From Anaerolineales bacterium (GTDB lineage Bacteria > Chloroflexota > Anaerolineae > Anaerolineales > E44-bin32): 52,100 nucleotides of DNA. Shown here one piece after another: positions 34,777-42,515 of this stretch (its first letter is position 1; each line of letters begins with the position of its first letter). The notes under the pieces were generated by a model, which ran no database searches, was not told the origin of the DNA, and saw only the letters and a program-made list of their open reading frames with translations. The position numbers were made by a program, and so were the translations under genes. The stretch is from assembly GCA_035455265.1 (NCBI GenBank), contig DATIFK010000216.1, positions 1 to 52,100 of the forward strand, read 5' to 3'.

Positions 34777-35703
34777 CTACTTCGCCGCGTCAGCCTTCGA
34801 CCGATCCACCTTCCGCGGCATGGCCGGCTGGTTCCCCACACCTGCGGCCCCGAGAAACGCTTCCCAGGCTTCGTTCGTCATGTCGACGGTGTGTTCGGGG
34901 CCGGGAAAGGCCCGGGCTTCGACATCAGCCTTGTATGCGGTGAAGGCCGAGGCCATCACGGCGTGCAACTGGGCGTAGCGCTTGACGAAGCGCGGCGTGA
35001 AGCGGTCGAACAGGCCCAGCAGGTCGTGAGTCACGAGAACTTGTCCGTCGCAGCCGAGGCCGGCGCCGATGCCGATCGTGGGGATCTCCAGCCGACGCGA
35101 GACGTGGTCTGCCAGCCGTCCCGGAATCGATTCGAGAACCAGCGCGAAGCAGCCGGCGTCCTGCAGGATGAGGGCATCCTCCAACAGGCGAACGGCGGCC
35201 GAGGCGTCGCGCGCTTGGGGCCGGAATCCGCCCAGCTGGTGGACCGACTGGGGCGTCAGGCCGAGGTGGCCCATGACCGGGATCCCCGCACCGACGATCG
35301 CCTCGACGGCCTGGCGCCGCTCCCGTCCGCCCTCCAGCTTGACGGCGTCCATGCCGCCTTCCTTCAAGAAACGGCCGGCGTTGCGCACCGCTTCTTCGGT
35401 GGAAACCTGATAGGAAAGGAACGGCATGTCCCCGATCAGCAGGGGTATGGCGGCGCCGCGGGACACGGCGCGGCAGTGGTGCAGCATCTCGTCCATGGTG
35501 ACCGGCAGTGTGGTCTCATAACCGAGCACGACCATGCCGAGCGAATCGCCCACCAGGATCGTATCCAGCCCGGCGCGGTCGACCGCCTGGGCCGTGGCGA
35601 AGTCGTAGGCCGTCAGCATGGTGATCGGTTCCCCACGCGCCTTCTTCTGGCGCAGGGCGAGGGTGGTGACCTTCTTGCGAGGAGCGGCGGGGGTTGTGGA
35701 CAT
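34777..35703 (-). CDS. panB: 3-methyl-2-oxobutanoate hydroxymethyltransferase
   Basis: ATG 35703 after GGAGGAG. ITMLTAYDFATAQ...VGDSLGMVVLGY motifs. The ORF-track extension to 36123 is rejected. Confidence 0.9.
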   Translation of the reverse strand: MSTTPAAPRKKVTTLALRQKKARGEPITMLTAYDFATAQAVDRAGLDTILVGDSLGMVVLGYETTLPVTMDEMLHHCRAVSRGAAIPLLIGDMPFLSYQVSTEEAVRNAGRFLKEGGMDAVKLEGGRERRQAVEAIVGAGIPVMGHLGLTPQSVHQLGGFRPQARDASAAVRLLEDALILQDAGCFALVLESIPGRLADHVSRRLEIPTIGIGAGLGCDGQVLVTHDLLGLFDRFTPRFVKRYAQLHAVMASAFTAYKADVEARAFPGPEHTVDMTNEAWEAFLGAAGVGNQPAMPRKVDRSKADAAK

Positions 35704-35838
35704 GGCTATCTCCTCCTGATGAGTGAGATGCCTCGAGCCGGGAGCCTTCCCGGAAACAGACCCGCCCATGCCGGGCGGGATTCCGTACCGAGGTGGCCGT
35801 CTCGGTCGTGGCCCGATCCAAGCGGCCGCGACATTATA
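35704..35838 (-). promoter_or_regulatory. panB promoter (-10 TATAAT) and ~120-nt structured leader with terminator-like hairpin
   Basis: Minus-strand TATAAT 35838-35833. Leader hairpins include CCCGCCC-GGCAT-GGGCGGG followed by TCTGTTTCC (35779-35751). Confidence 0.4.
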
Positions 35839-35856
35839 CAGCAGGTCCAAACAGCC

Positions 35857-35965
35857 GGTTCCCAGTAGCCAGTTCCCAGTTCCCAGTCCTCGGCCAGCGG
35901 TGTTCAGTAGGCTGGCGGTCGCGTTGTTCTTGATTGATGACTGACGACTGACAACTGATAACTCA
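35857..35965. repeat. H7 heptamer array f (hybrid: CCAG-type left arm, CTGA-type right arm)
   Basis: TTCCCAG TAGCCAG TTCCCAG TTCCCAG TCC ... TTGATTGATGA CTGACGA CTGACAA CTGATAA CTCA. The last unit holds the stop of the 35963..37039 gene. Confidence 0.85.
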
Positions 35966-37039
35966 CGGTCCCCAGGCCATACCCCGGATGCGCTCCCCCT
36001 CGACCAACACCTGCAATGGGCTTTCGTCGGCCCTCGCCAGGACGACTTGCGCGTTGCCCTCCCCGCAGCCTTGCAGGATGAGCGCCAGCGATCCGTCGTC
36101 CGACCAGAGGACGTCACACACATGGAACTCCTCCGGGCGGACCGGGGTGATGTTCGAGCCGTCCGAGTTGCTGCGCACCATCGTCAACGGGATGCCGACG
36201 TCGGGATCGAAGTGGATGTAGCCGTCGAAGAAGAGCAGCTCGCCGGACGGCAGCTGCAGCGGCCAACCGACGTAGTGACGCTTGTTGTCCTCCCCGGCCC
36301 CTGCCAGGATGACAGACTCCTGCCCCGTCTCGGCGTCGTAGCGCCAAAGCCCTGGCTCGACGGTCGTGTAGTCCGGGTTCGCCACCAGCACCGAACCGCC
36401 GTCCAGAGTCCAGCTGACCTGACAGCACACAGGCCCGTTGGATCGCAACCGCGTGTACGGCTGCTCCGCCTCCAGGTCCATCACGGCCAGCGTGCTTCCC
36501 TCGAAGTAGCCCATCACGATCAGGAGCTTGCTCGCATCGGGAGACCAGGGCCCGGGCGAGTAGAGCTCCTTGGCGAACACCGACGGCTCGCCCAACAGGT
36601 TGCCCAGGTTGAACAGCGCATGGTCGTCCAGGCCCGTGGCCACATCGTAGAGATGCAGGCCGTCGAGGGCATAGGCCAGCGTTTGCCCATCGGGCGAGAA
36701 GACGGGGCTGCTGACCGCTGTGGTGAAGCCGGGGTCGTCCACGCGCCTGTCCACGTCGCTCTCGTCCGCGATCCGTAGACGATTCCCGCCGTCGGCATCC
36801 GTCAGGAAGAGCTGGTTGTTGGTGACAATCGCCAGGCTGCCGTCCGCGGGAGAAACGGCAAATTCCTGAATCCCGGACTCTTCATGGGTGACCTGGGCGC
36901 TTTCGCCATCGGCGTCCAGGCGCCGCACTTGGGCCGCCTCATCCTTGCCCTCCAGGTAGTAGACGGAATGAGGCAGCGGTGACGGAGTGCAGGCCGCCAA
37001 CAGGCCGGACAACGCGAGGACGGCTGTGATGTTGCGCAT
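35963..37039 (-). CDS. Lipoprotein with TolB/PD40-like beta-propeller repeats
   Basis: Lipobox LLAAC. SPDG and WSPD repeats. 358 aa. Confidence 0.65.
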   Translation of the reverse strand: MRNITAVLALSGLLAACTPSPLPHSVYYLEGKDEAAQVRRLDADGESAQVTHEESGIQEFAVSPADGSLAIVTNNQLFLTDADGGNRLRIADESDVDRRVDDPGFTTAVSSPVFSPDGQTLAYALDGLHLYDVATGLDDHALFNLGNLLGEPSVFAKELYSPGPWSPDASKLLIVMGYFEGSTLAVMDLEAEQPYTRLRSNGPVCCQVSWTLDGGSVLVANPDYTTVEPGLWRYDAETGQESVILAGAGEDNKRHYVGWPLQLPSGELLFFDGYIHFDPDVGIPLTMVRSNSDGSNITPVRPEEFHVCDVLWSDDGSLALILQGCGEGNAQVVLARADESPLQVLVEGERIRGMAWGP

Positions 37040-37060
37040 GATGCCGGCTGCCTCCAGCGA

Positions 37061-37205
37061 GTCGTCAGTTTTCAGTCTTCAGTTTTCAGTTTTCAGTTTT
37101 CGGTTTTCAGTTTCAGGCTTCAGTCTTCGCTTGTCGATGACAGAGGTATGTCAAAAGACGGCTGATAACTGATGACTGATCACTGATGACTGATCTCTGA
37201 TATCT
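37061..37205. repeat. H7 heptamer array h (largest: about 10 GTTTTCA-type units vs 6 CTGATNN units)
   Basis: GTCGTCA GTTTTCA GTCTTCA GTTTTCA GTTTTCA GTTTTCG GTTTTCA GTTTCAG GCTTCA GTCTTCG ... CTGATAA CTGATGA CTGATCA CTGATGA CTGATCT CTGATAT. Confidence 0.9.
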
Positions 37206-37210
37206 CCCCG

Positions 37211-38626
37211 CTACCGGAGGCCCCGCTCGCTCCTGAGCGCCCACCCGCCGAGCAGCAAGGCCGCGCCCACCAGGACCACCGCCAGAGCAGAAGTGTCCCT
37301 CAGCCCGGCGACCTGGGCCGCGGCGGGCGCGGTCGACGGATCTCCGTGCCAGGCGGTCCCTGCGGAGGCCGCTGTACGCGAGGCCCACAGCGCTCCCAAT
37401 ACGGCGATGCCGGTGATCTGGCCGACGAGTCGGGTAAGGGCCAACAAGCCCGAGGCGACTCCCAGCCGCTCGCGCGGCGCCGTCCCCATGATCGCGCTGT
37501 TGTTGGGAGACTGGAATAGTCCCATGCCGACGCCGATGGGCGTGAAGCGGGCCAGGTAGCCCAGGGCACTCGTTCGCAGGTCAAGGCCCGTCAGCGCCAC
37601 GTATCCGGCCAGCAGCACGGCCAGTCCGGCGACGGAGATGGACCGCGTTCCCACGCGGTCCGAAAGGATCCCCGAAATCGGCGCCGTGACCCCCAGCCCG
37701 GCCGGCACAGCCGCCATCAGCAGGCCAACCTGGTGCGGCGGATAGCCGAGGACGCCTTCAAGATAGAAAGGCATGAGCAGCAGCAAACCCGAGAGAGCGA
37801 CGAACGCCAGAGAACCTGTCGCCAGGTTGATGCTGAACAGGCCTTCACGGAACAATCCGAGGTCCACCATCGGATGGGCCGAGCGCTTCTCGGCCCGAAT
37901 GAACAGGAAGAGGAACGTTGCCGAGGCGGCCATCAGGCCCAGAATGCGAGGGTCGAGGAAGCCCATGCGCGGCCCCTCGGTCAGCGCCAACAGGAGGGCG
38001 AGCAGACAGAGGAACATCGAGGCCGCGCCCGGGAGGTCGAAGCGCCCGGCCCGCACCGGCCGCGCCGAAGGGACGTAGCGGCCGACCAAAACCAGGCCGA
38101 TGATCCCGACCGGAAGGTTAACGAGGAAGATCCAGTGCCAGGACAACGCGTCCAGCAGGAAGCCGCCGAGGGCCGGCCCGACGACAATGCCGATCGAGAC
38201 CACCGTGCCGCTCAGCCCGAGGGCCTTGCCTCTCTCCGACGCCGGGAAGGCCTCGGTCAGGATGGCGGTGCCCAGCGCCAGCACCATCGAGGCACCGACC
38301 GCCTGCAGGATGCGAAAGCCGATCAAGGAGCCTATCGTCGTCGACAGGCTGCACAACACGGAGCCGATGGTGAACACCGCGAAGCCGGTTTGGTAGACCG
38401 GCTTCTTTCCCAACATGTCGCCCAGGCGTCCCATACCGAGGAGCAACGTCGCCACGGCCAACAGGTACGCCAGGACAACCCACTCCACCACGGCGAAGGC
38501 TGTGCGGAATTCGAGGGTCAACGTCGGAAGCGCGACGTTGACGATGCTGCCGTCGAGCGTCGCAAGGAACACCCCGGTTCCGACGGCCAACATCACGGTC
38601 CACTTGTTCGAGGCCGGCGCAGCCAT
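37211..38626 (-). CDS. MFS transporter, DHA2 (14-TM drug:H+ antiporter) type
   Basis: 471 aa, about 14 hydrophobic segments. LGDMLGKKP-type motif A. Confidence 0.85.
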   Translation of the reverse strand: MAAPASNKWTVMLAVGTGVFLATLDGSIVNVALPTLTLEFRTAFAVVEWVVLAYLLAVATLLLGMGRLGDMLGKKPVYQTGFAVFTIGSVLCSLSTTIGSLIGFRILQAVGASMVLALGTAILTEAFPASERGKALGLSGTVVSIGIVVGPALGGFLLDALSWHWIFLVNLPVGIIGLVLVGRYVPSARPVRAGRFDLPGAASMFLCLLALLLALTEGPRMGFLDPRILGLMAASATFLFLFIRAEKRSAHPMVDLGLFREGLFSINLATGSLAFVALSGLLLLMPFYLEGVLGYPPHQVGLLMAAVPAGLGVTAPISGILSDRVGTRSISVAGLAVLLAGYVALTGLDLRTSALGYLARFTPIGVGMGLFQSPNNSAIMGTAPRERLGVASGLLALTRLVGQITGIAVLGALWASRTAASAGTAWHGDPSTAPAAAQVAGLRDTSALAVVLVGAALLLGGWALRSERGLR

Positions 38627-38633
38627 GGGCTCA

Positions 38634-38639
38634 AGGATA
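38634..38639 (-). promoter_or_regulatory. -10-like box (TATCCT) 7 nt upstream of the MFS ATG
   Basis: Minus strand TATCCT-TGAGCCC-ATG. No SD. Confidence 0.3.
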
Positions 38640-38663
38640 GCATGCGCTCGGCCGCCGGTTGGC

Positions 38664-38669
38664 TACAAT
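38664..38669 (+). promoter_or_regulatory. -10 box (TACAAT) 6 nt upstream of the ybaK-like ATG
   Basis: TACAAT-GGATGG-ATG 38676. No SD. Confidence 0.45.
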
Positions 38670-38675
38670 GGATGG

Positions 38676-39146
38676 ATGCACACTTCGACTCCCGTGACGG
38701 CGGCACTGGATGAACTGGGGGTCAAGTACCGGCTTCACCTTCATGCCGGGCCGGTGCGTTCCCTTGAGCAGGCGGCCCGCGAGCGCGGCCTGGAGCCGGA
38801 ACAGATCGTTCGTTCGCTGCTTTTTCGCCTGGAGGGCGGCGAGTTCGTCCTGGTGCTCATGCCCGGGCCCGGCCAGGCGTCCTGGCCGAAGCTGCGCCGA
38901 CACCTCGGAGTCACGCGCCTCACCGTGGCGACGGCCGATGAAGTCGAGGGCGTTACGGGATATCCGCCCGGCGCCGTATCGCCCTACGGCCTCGTCCGGT
39001 CCTTGCGGCTGCTGGCCGATCGTCGCCTGACGGATCTCACGACGGTCTCCATCGGCGCCGGCATTCGCAATGCAGGCATCCTGCTCGAGGCGCAGGACCT
39101 GTTGCGGACCCTCCAGCCGGAGATGGGGGATTTCAGCGAGGGGTAG
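38676..39146 (+). CDS. YbaK/EbsC-type aminoacyl-tRNA editing (deacylase) domain protein
   Basis: 156 aa. ...VRSLLFRLEGGEFVLVLMPG...VTGYPPGAVSPYGL is typical of the YbaK family. Confidence 0.75.
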   Translation: MHTSTPVTAALDELGVKYRLHLHAGPVRSLEQAARERGLEPEQIVRSLLFRLEGGEFVLVLMPGPGQASWPKLRRHLGVTRLTVATADEVEGVTGYPPGAVSPYGLVRSLRLLADRRLTDLTTVSIGAGIRNAGILLEAQDLLRTLQPEMGDFSEG

Positions 39147-39147
39147 G

Positions 39148-39834
39148 TCAGGCCGCGCGTTTCCCCTGGCCGGCCGGTTCGTCTCCGTCGAAGAAGTCGA
39201 CCAGATCCTCGACGACCATCCGCAGATCGCGCAAGCTGGACTCCAGCTCCCCGTCGAAATCGAAGGCGTGCCCCTGCCCCTCGACGACACGCAGGCGGAA
39301 CGCTCTCTGCGACTGGAGACGTTCGAGGGCGCCAGATTCGTAGAAACGATCGAGGGTGCCGATGGCGAGATAGGCCGGCCCCGTGCCGGCGACGAACGCG
39401 GCGTCGAACATCGGGGTGCCTAGCAAGGGCGTGAGGTATGCCGAGCGCGCCGAAGCCAGGCTCTGTTCGTCCCGCATGAGCCACGCCAGCACGCTCGCAC
39501 CGAGAGACTTCCCCACCAGGCCAAGGCGCGCATACGCCCTCTCCGCCATGCCCGCGCGGGCGAGGGCCTTCGCTTCGGCCAGGCATTCGGCCAACGTCTC
39601 GGCCGAGAGATCGGCCATGGTCGTCTGGAAGCCGTATGTCAGACCAAGGGCGTCCCAACCACGATCCTGCAGCAGGCGCTTCGTGTAGTAAAGGAGCGGG
39701 CCGTCGCAGCCGTAGCTCTGACCGGGCAGGCAAATCAGCAAGCCGCGCGGAGCCGCCTCCTGGCAATGGAACGTGTTGACGATGAGGCGGCCGCTGCTCG
39801 TCTGGGCCGATAGGTGACGCAGAGTGACAGGCAT
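39148..39834 (-). CDS. Alpha/beta hydrolase (dienelactone-hydrolase-like)
   Basis: Nucleophile elbow GKSLG. 228 aa. Starts 1 nt after the upstream stop. Confidence 0.7.
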   Translation of the reverse strand: MPVTLRHLSAQTSSGRLIVNTFHCQEAAPRGLLICLPGQSYGCDGPLLYYTKRLLQDRGWDALGLTYGFQTTMADLSAETLAECLAEAKALARAGMAERAYARLGLVGKSLGASVLAWLMRDEQSLASARSAYLTPLLGTPMFDAAFVAGTGPAYLAIGTLDRFYESGALERLQSQRAFRLRVVEGQGHAFDFDGELESSLRDLRMVVEDLVDFFDGDEPAGQGKRAA

Positions 39835-39835
39835 G

Positions 39836-40336
39836 TCAGAGGCCGCGGACGATGGCGCAGCCGTACGTCGGCGTCGTCGCCGGGTCCGGGGCTTCCCCTC
39901 GAATCACAGCCTGCAACGCTTCCGCCAGGTAGCGGTGCTGCGGCTCGGGATCGCGAAATCGAGCGTCGTCAGGCGCCCCCTGGTAACGCAGGATCCCATC
40001 TTGGTCGATGACGAACACGTGGGGCGTGGCGGCGGCGCCATAGGAGTCGGCCACCCGGCGGTCGGCGTCCAGGAGCACCAGCGGCAATCGGCGCTCGGCG
40101 GCCACACGCCGTATGAGCTCGATATCCTCGTCGGCGTTGACCGCCACCGACCACAGGTCCGCGCCGGCAGCCCGGGCGGCCTCCACTACCCGTTCGTCCG
40201 TGCGTTGCGTCCATGGGCACATGGCCGACCAGATGTGCAATACGGTCACACGGCCGCGTTGGGAGACCAATCGGTGCCGGCGGTCGTCGATACCGGGGAG
40301 CTCGAAATCCGGGGCGCGCGCTCCGATGGGGATCAC
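39836..40336 (-). CDS. Thioredoxin-fold (AhpC/TSA-redoxin-like) protein with CPWT in place of CXXC
   Basis: GTG 40336 overlaps the upstream stop (GTGA). APDFELPG...LHIWSAMCPWT...TPHVFVIDQDG. Confidence 0.7.
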   Translation of the reverse strand: MIPIGARAPDFELPGIDDRRHRLVSQRGRVTVLHIWSAMCPWTQRTDERVVEAARAAGADLWSVAVNADEDIELIRRVAAERRLPLVLLDADRRVADSYGAAATPHVFVIDQDGILRYQGAPDDARFRDPEPQHRYLAEALQAVIRGEAPDPATTPTYGCAIVRGL

Positions 40337-41739
40337 GGCGTCCAGGCGGGGGCATAGCCGCCGACGGCCAACTGGCCCGAACCGGATCCGTCCGCCGATC
40401 GCCACCAGATTTCCGCCGGGCGGGTCATGTCCATCTGATCGAACAGCATGTAGACCAGGTACTGCCCGTCGGGGCTCCACGCCAGGGCCGAGTGATTCAA
40501 GGTGGGCTCGTCCGTAAGCGGCTCCGGATCCAGCCCATCCGACCGCATGCGCCAGATCTGTCGCCCGAGAGTCCAACGCGGGCGGTCGAGATACTTGCGC
40601 GAAAACGTCAGCCACAGACCGTCCGGCGAGTAGGCCGCCCCAGCGTCCTCGACGAGGTATCCCTCCTCACCCGAGAGGTCGAGGATCGCGCCCGAGCCGA
40701 CGTTGAGTCGGTACAGGTGGCTGTAGAAGACCGGCGGCCCCTCGCTGCCGTCGGTTGGCGACGCAGCGACGAAGACCAGTTCCGGAAAGACGAAGCTCTC
40801 CCCATCCGGCGACCAGACGCCGCGATCGCCCAAGGCATTGGGAACAAAGCTGTCGGGCGACTGCTCCGGCGAACCCGGATGGTTCAGGAAGGCGTACGCC
40901 CGCAGGTCTTGGTCGTAATAGGCCAGGGCATTGGCCGGCGACCAGGACGGCCTCGTGGTGGAGTGGTCGGCAGGCGCCACGGCGAAGGCCGTGGCGTTCG
41001 AGCCAACGGAGTAGAGCCGCACCGCCACCGAATCCTCTGCGGCCGAAGCGGTGTCCGAGCCGTGGTCCTCCTGCTCGAAGGCCAACCACTGACCGTCGGG
41101 AGACAATGTTGCCTGGCGGCAGATAGAACCAGCCGGGCAGGCGTAAAGCACCTCGTCGGCCCCGCTGGAGAGGTCCCGGCGTCTCAACTCGCTGTCTCCG
41201 CCGGTTGTCTGCGCGGAGTAGACCAGGGCTGCGCCGTCGGCGGTCACCTGGAAGTCGAGCACACCGGCGGTGGTCGTCAGCCGGACCGGATCGGAATCGT
41301 CCAGGGCGCGCACGTAGATGTCCGCCGGGCCGTCAGCCGGCCACAGGTAGGCCACGCGCGGCACCCCGATCTCAAAGGACCACGCCGCACCGCCCAGCAG
41401 CGGCAAGCCCTGCGCCGACCGGGCACCGGCCAGGCGAACGCTGACGTGGCCGCCGACGGGCCAGGCTTCGCTCGGCTCGAAGACCAGCGTCGTTCCGTCC
41501 CAACGCAGGGTTCCGGCAGGTCGGGGATCGATCGCCAATCCCGACTCGACCGAGGCGCGGTCCATCGGCCGGCTGAACGTGATGCGCAAGGGGGCTTTGC
41601 TTGAGACGCTCTCGGAGGAGTCGGCCGGCGCAATGGCGACCAGTCTCGGCGCGGAGAGCGCCGCGGCGAGCAACAAGCCGCCTCCAAGGCCGAGGGCCGC
41701 CAGCAGCAGAACCGGTCGACGCCGCGGGCGAAGCTGCAT
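40333..41739 (-). CDS. Extracytoplasmic protein: Ig-like (SbsA/Big_5-type) domain + TolB/PD40 beta-propeller
   Basis: Start set at ATG 41739 (MQLRPRRRPVLLLAALGLGG signal/anchor). SKAPLRITFSRPMD Ig-like domain. Several (W/Y)SPDG repeats. Confidence 0.7.
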   Translation of the reverse strand: MQLRPRRRPVLLLAALGLGGGLLLAAALSAPRLVAIAPADSSESVSSKAPLRITFSRPMDRASVESGLAIDPRPAGTLRWDGTTLVFEPSEAWPVGGHVSVRLAGARSAQGLPLLGGAAWSFEIGVPRVAYLWPADGPADIYVRALDDSDPVRLTTTAGVLDFQVTADGAALVYSAQTTGGDSELRRRDLSSGADEVLYACPAGSICRQATLSPDGQWLAFEQEDHGSDTASAAEDSVAVRLYSVGSNATAFAVAPADHSTTRPSWSPANALAYYDQDLRAYAFLNHPGSPEQSPDSFVPNALGDRGVWSPDGESFVFPELVFVAASPTDGSEGPPVFYSHLYRLNVGSGAILDLSGEEGYLVEDAGAAYSPDGLWLTFSRKYLDRPRWTLGRQIWRMRSDGLDPEPLTDEPTLNHSALAWSPDGQYLVYMLFDQMDMTRPAEIWWRSADGSGSGQLAVGGYAPAWTP

Positions 41740-41748
41740 GGAGAGGGC

Positions 41749-41754
41749 ATTATA
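41749..41754 (-). promoter_or_regulatory. -10 box (TATAAT) 9 nt upstream of ATG 41739
   Basis: Minus strand TATAATGCCCTC, the same 12-mer as at the rnd promoter. Confidence 0.4.
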
Positions 41755-41813
41755 CCCAGTGGTCAATGTTCGGTGGTCAGTGGTTAGTGGTCAGTGGCAG
41801 GTGGTCAGAACTG
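41755..41813. repeat. H7 heptamer array i (single arm, GGTCAGT type)
   Basis: CCCAGTG GTCAATG TTCGGTG GTCAGTG GTTAGTG GTCAGTG GCAGGTG GTCAGAA CTGG. Confidence 0.85.
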
Positions 41814-41921
41814 GACGAGGGCCATATACTCCCGGCACGACACCCTTTCGGACCGCGCACCGCCCGAGGCGGCGAGATGGCCGGGATGGTGTGGTCGCTG
41901 ACGCCTGGAGAGCGCCCTCTC

Positions 41922-42392
41922 ATGATCAGCCTGCGAAGATCCATTCCGCCCTTGACAGCGGCGGCCGTCGTTCTGGCGGCCTGCGCCGGAGTCAACACGG
42001 ATCAGGCTGAGTACGTCCTGACCAGATACCTCGCTTCGCTGCACGACGGCTACTACGATGACGCCGCCATTCTGTACGGGGGCCCGTACGATGCATTGCA
42101 GGATGACAACCCGGACGTCGACCCGACCGACTCCGCTGCCCTTCTTGGCCGTTGGTGCGAGCAGAACGGAGGGGTCTGTTTGCCCATTCAGACCGTGGTC
42201 AGCCGCGAGGCCGCCGGCGGGGAAACCTATTCCTTCGTCGTCCAGCTGGCCAACGACGACGGATCAACCTTCGAGATCGGACCTTGCTGCGGCGCGGAGG
42301 ACACCGGCCAGCGGACCCGAGAGTTCACCTTCACGGTGAAATCGATCGGCGGCCGGTTCTACGTGATGGAATTGCCGCCGTACGTGCCGTGA
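41922..42392 (+). CDS. Hypothetical lipoprotein
   Basis: Start set at ATG 41922 (MISLRRSIPPLTAAAVVLAAC lipobox). Alternative ATG at 41877. Confidence 0.5.
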   Translation: MISLRRSIPPLTAAAVVLAACAGVNTDQAEYVLTRYLASLHDGYYDDAAILYGGPYDALQDDNPDVDPTDSAALLGRWCEQNGGVCLPIQTVVSREAAGGETYSFVVQLANDDGSTFEIGPCCGAEDTGQRTREFTFTVKSIGGRFYVMELPPYVP

Positions 42393-42410
42393 CCATTGCC
42401 TCTTCGGCAG

Positions 42411-42493
42411 CTCGCCCTCACCCCACCCTCTCCCTCCGGGAGAGGGAGCCCGAGTCCCCTCTCCCGGAGGGAGAGGGTCAGGGTGAGGGCGAG
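42411..42493. repeat. R3 composite palindrome (CCCTCACCC / CCCTCTCCC / GGGAGAGGG / GGGTGAGGG boxes)
   Basis: Outer stem CTCGCCCTCAC/GTGAGGGCGAG encloses two hairpins: CCCTCTCCC-TCCG-GGAGAGGG and CCCCTCTCCC-GGA-GGGAGAGGG. Lies between convergent genes. Confidence 0.8.
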
Positions 42494-42515
42494 CTTGACA
42501 AGCGAGGACGCGCTG

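Noticed and set aside
37141-37165. Perfect TTGACA on the minus strand in the loop of array h as a promoter
   Set aside because: No acceptable -10 hexamer at 16-19 nt spacing.
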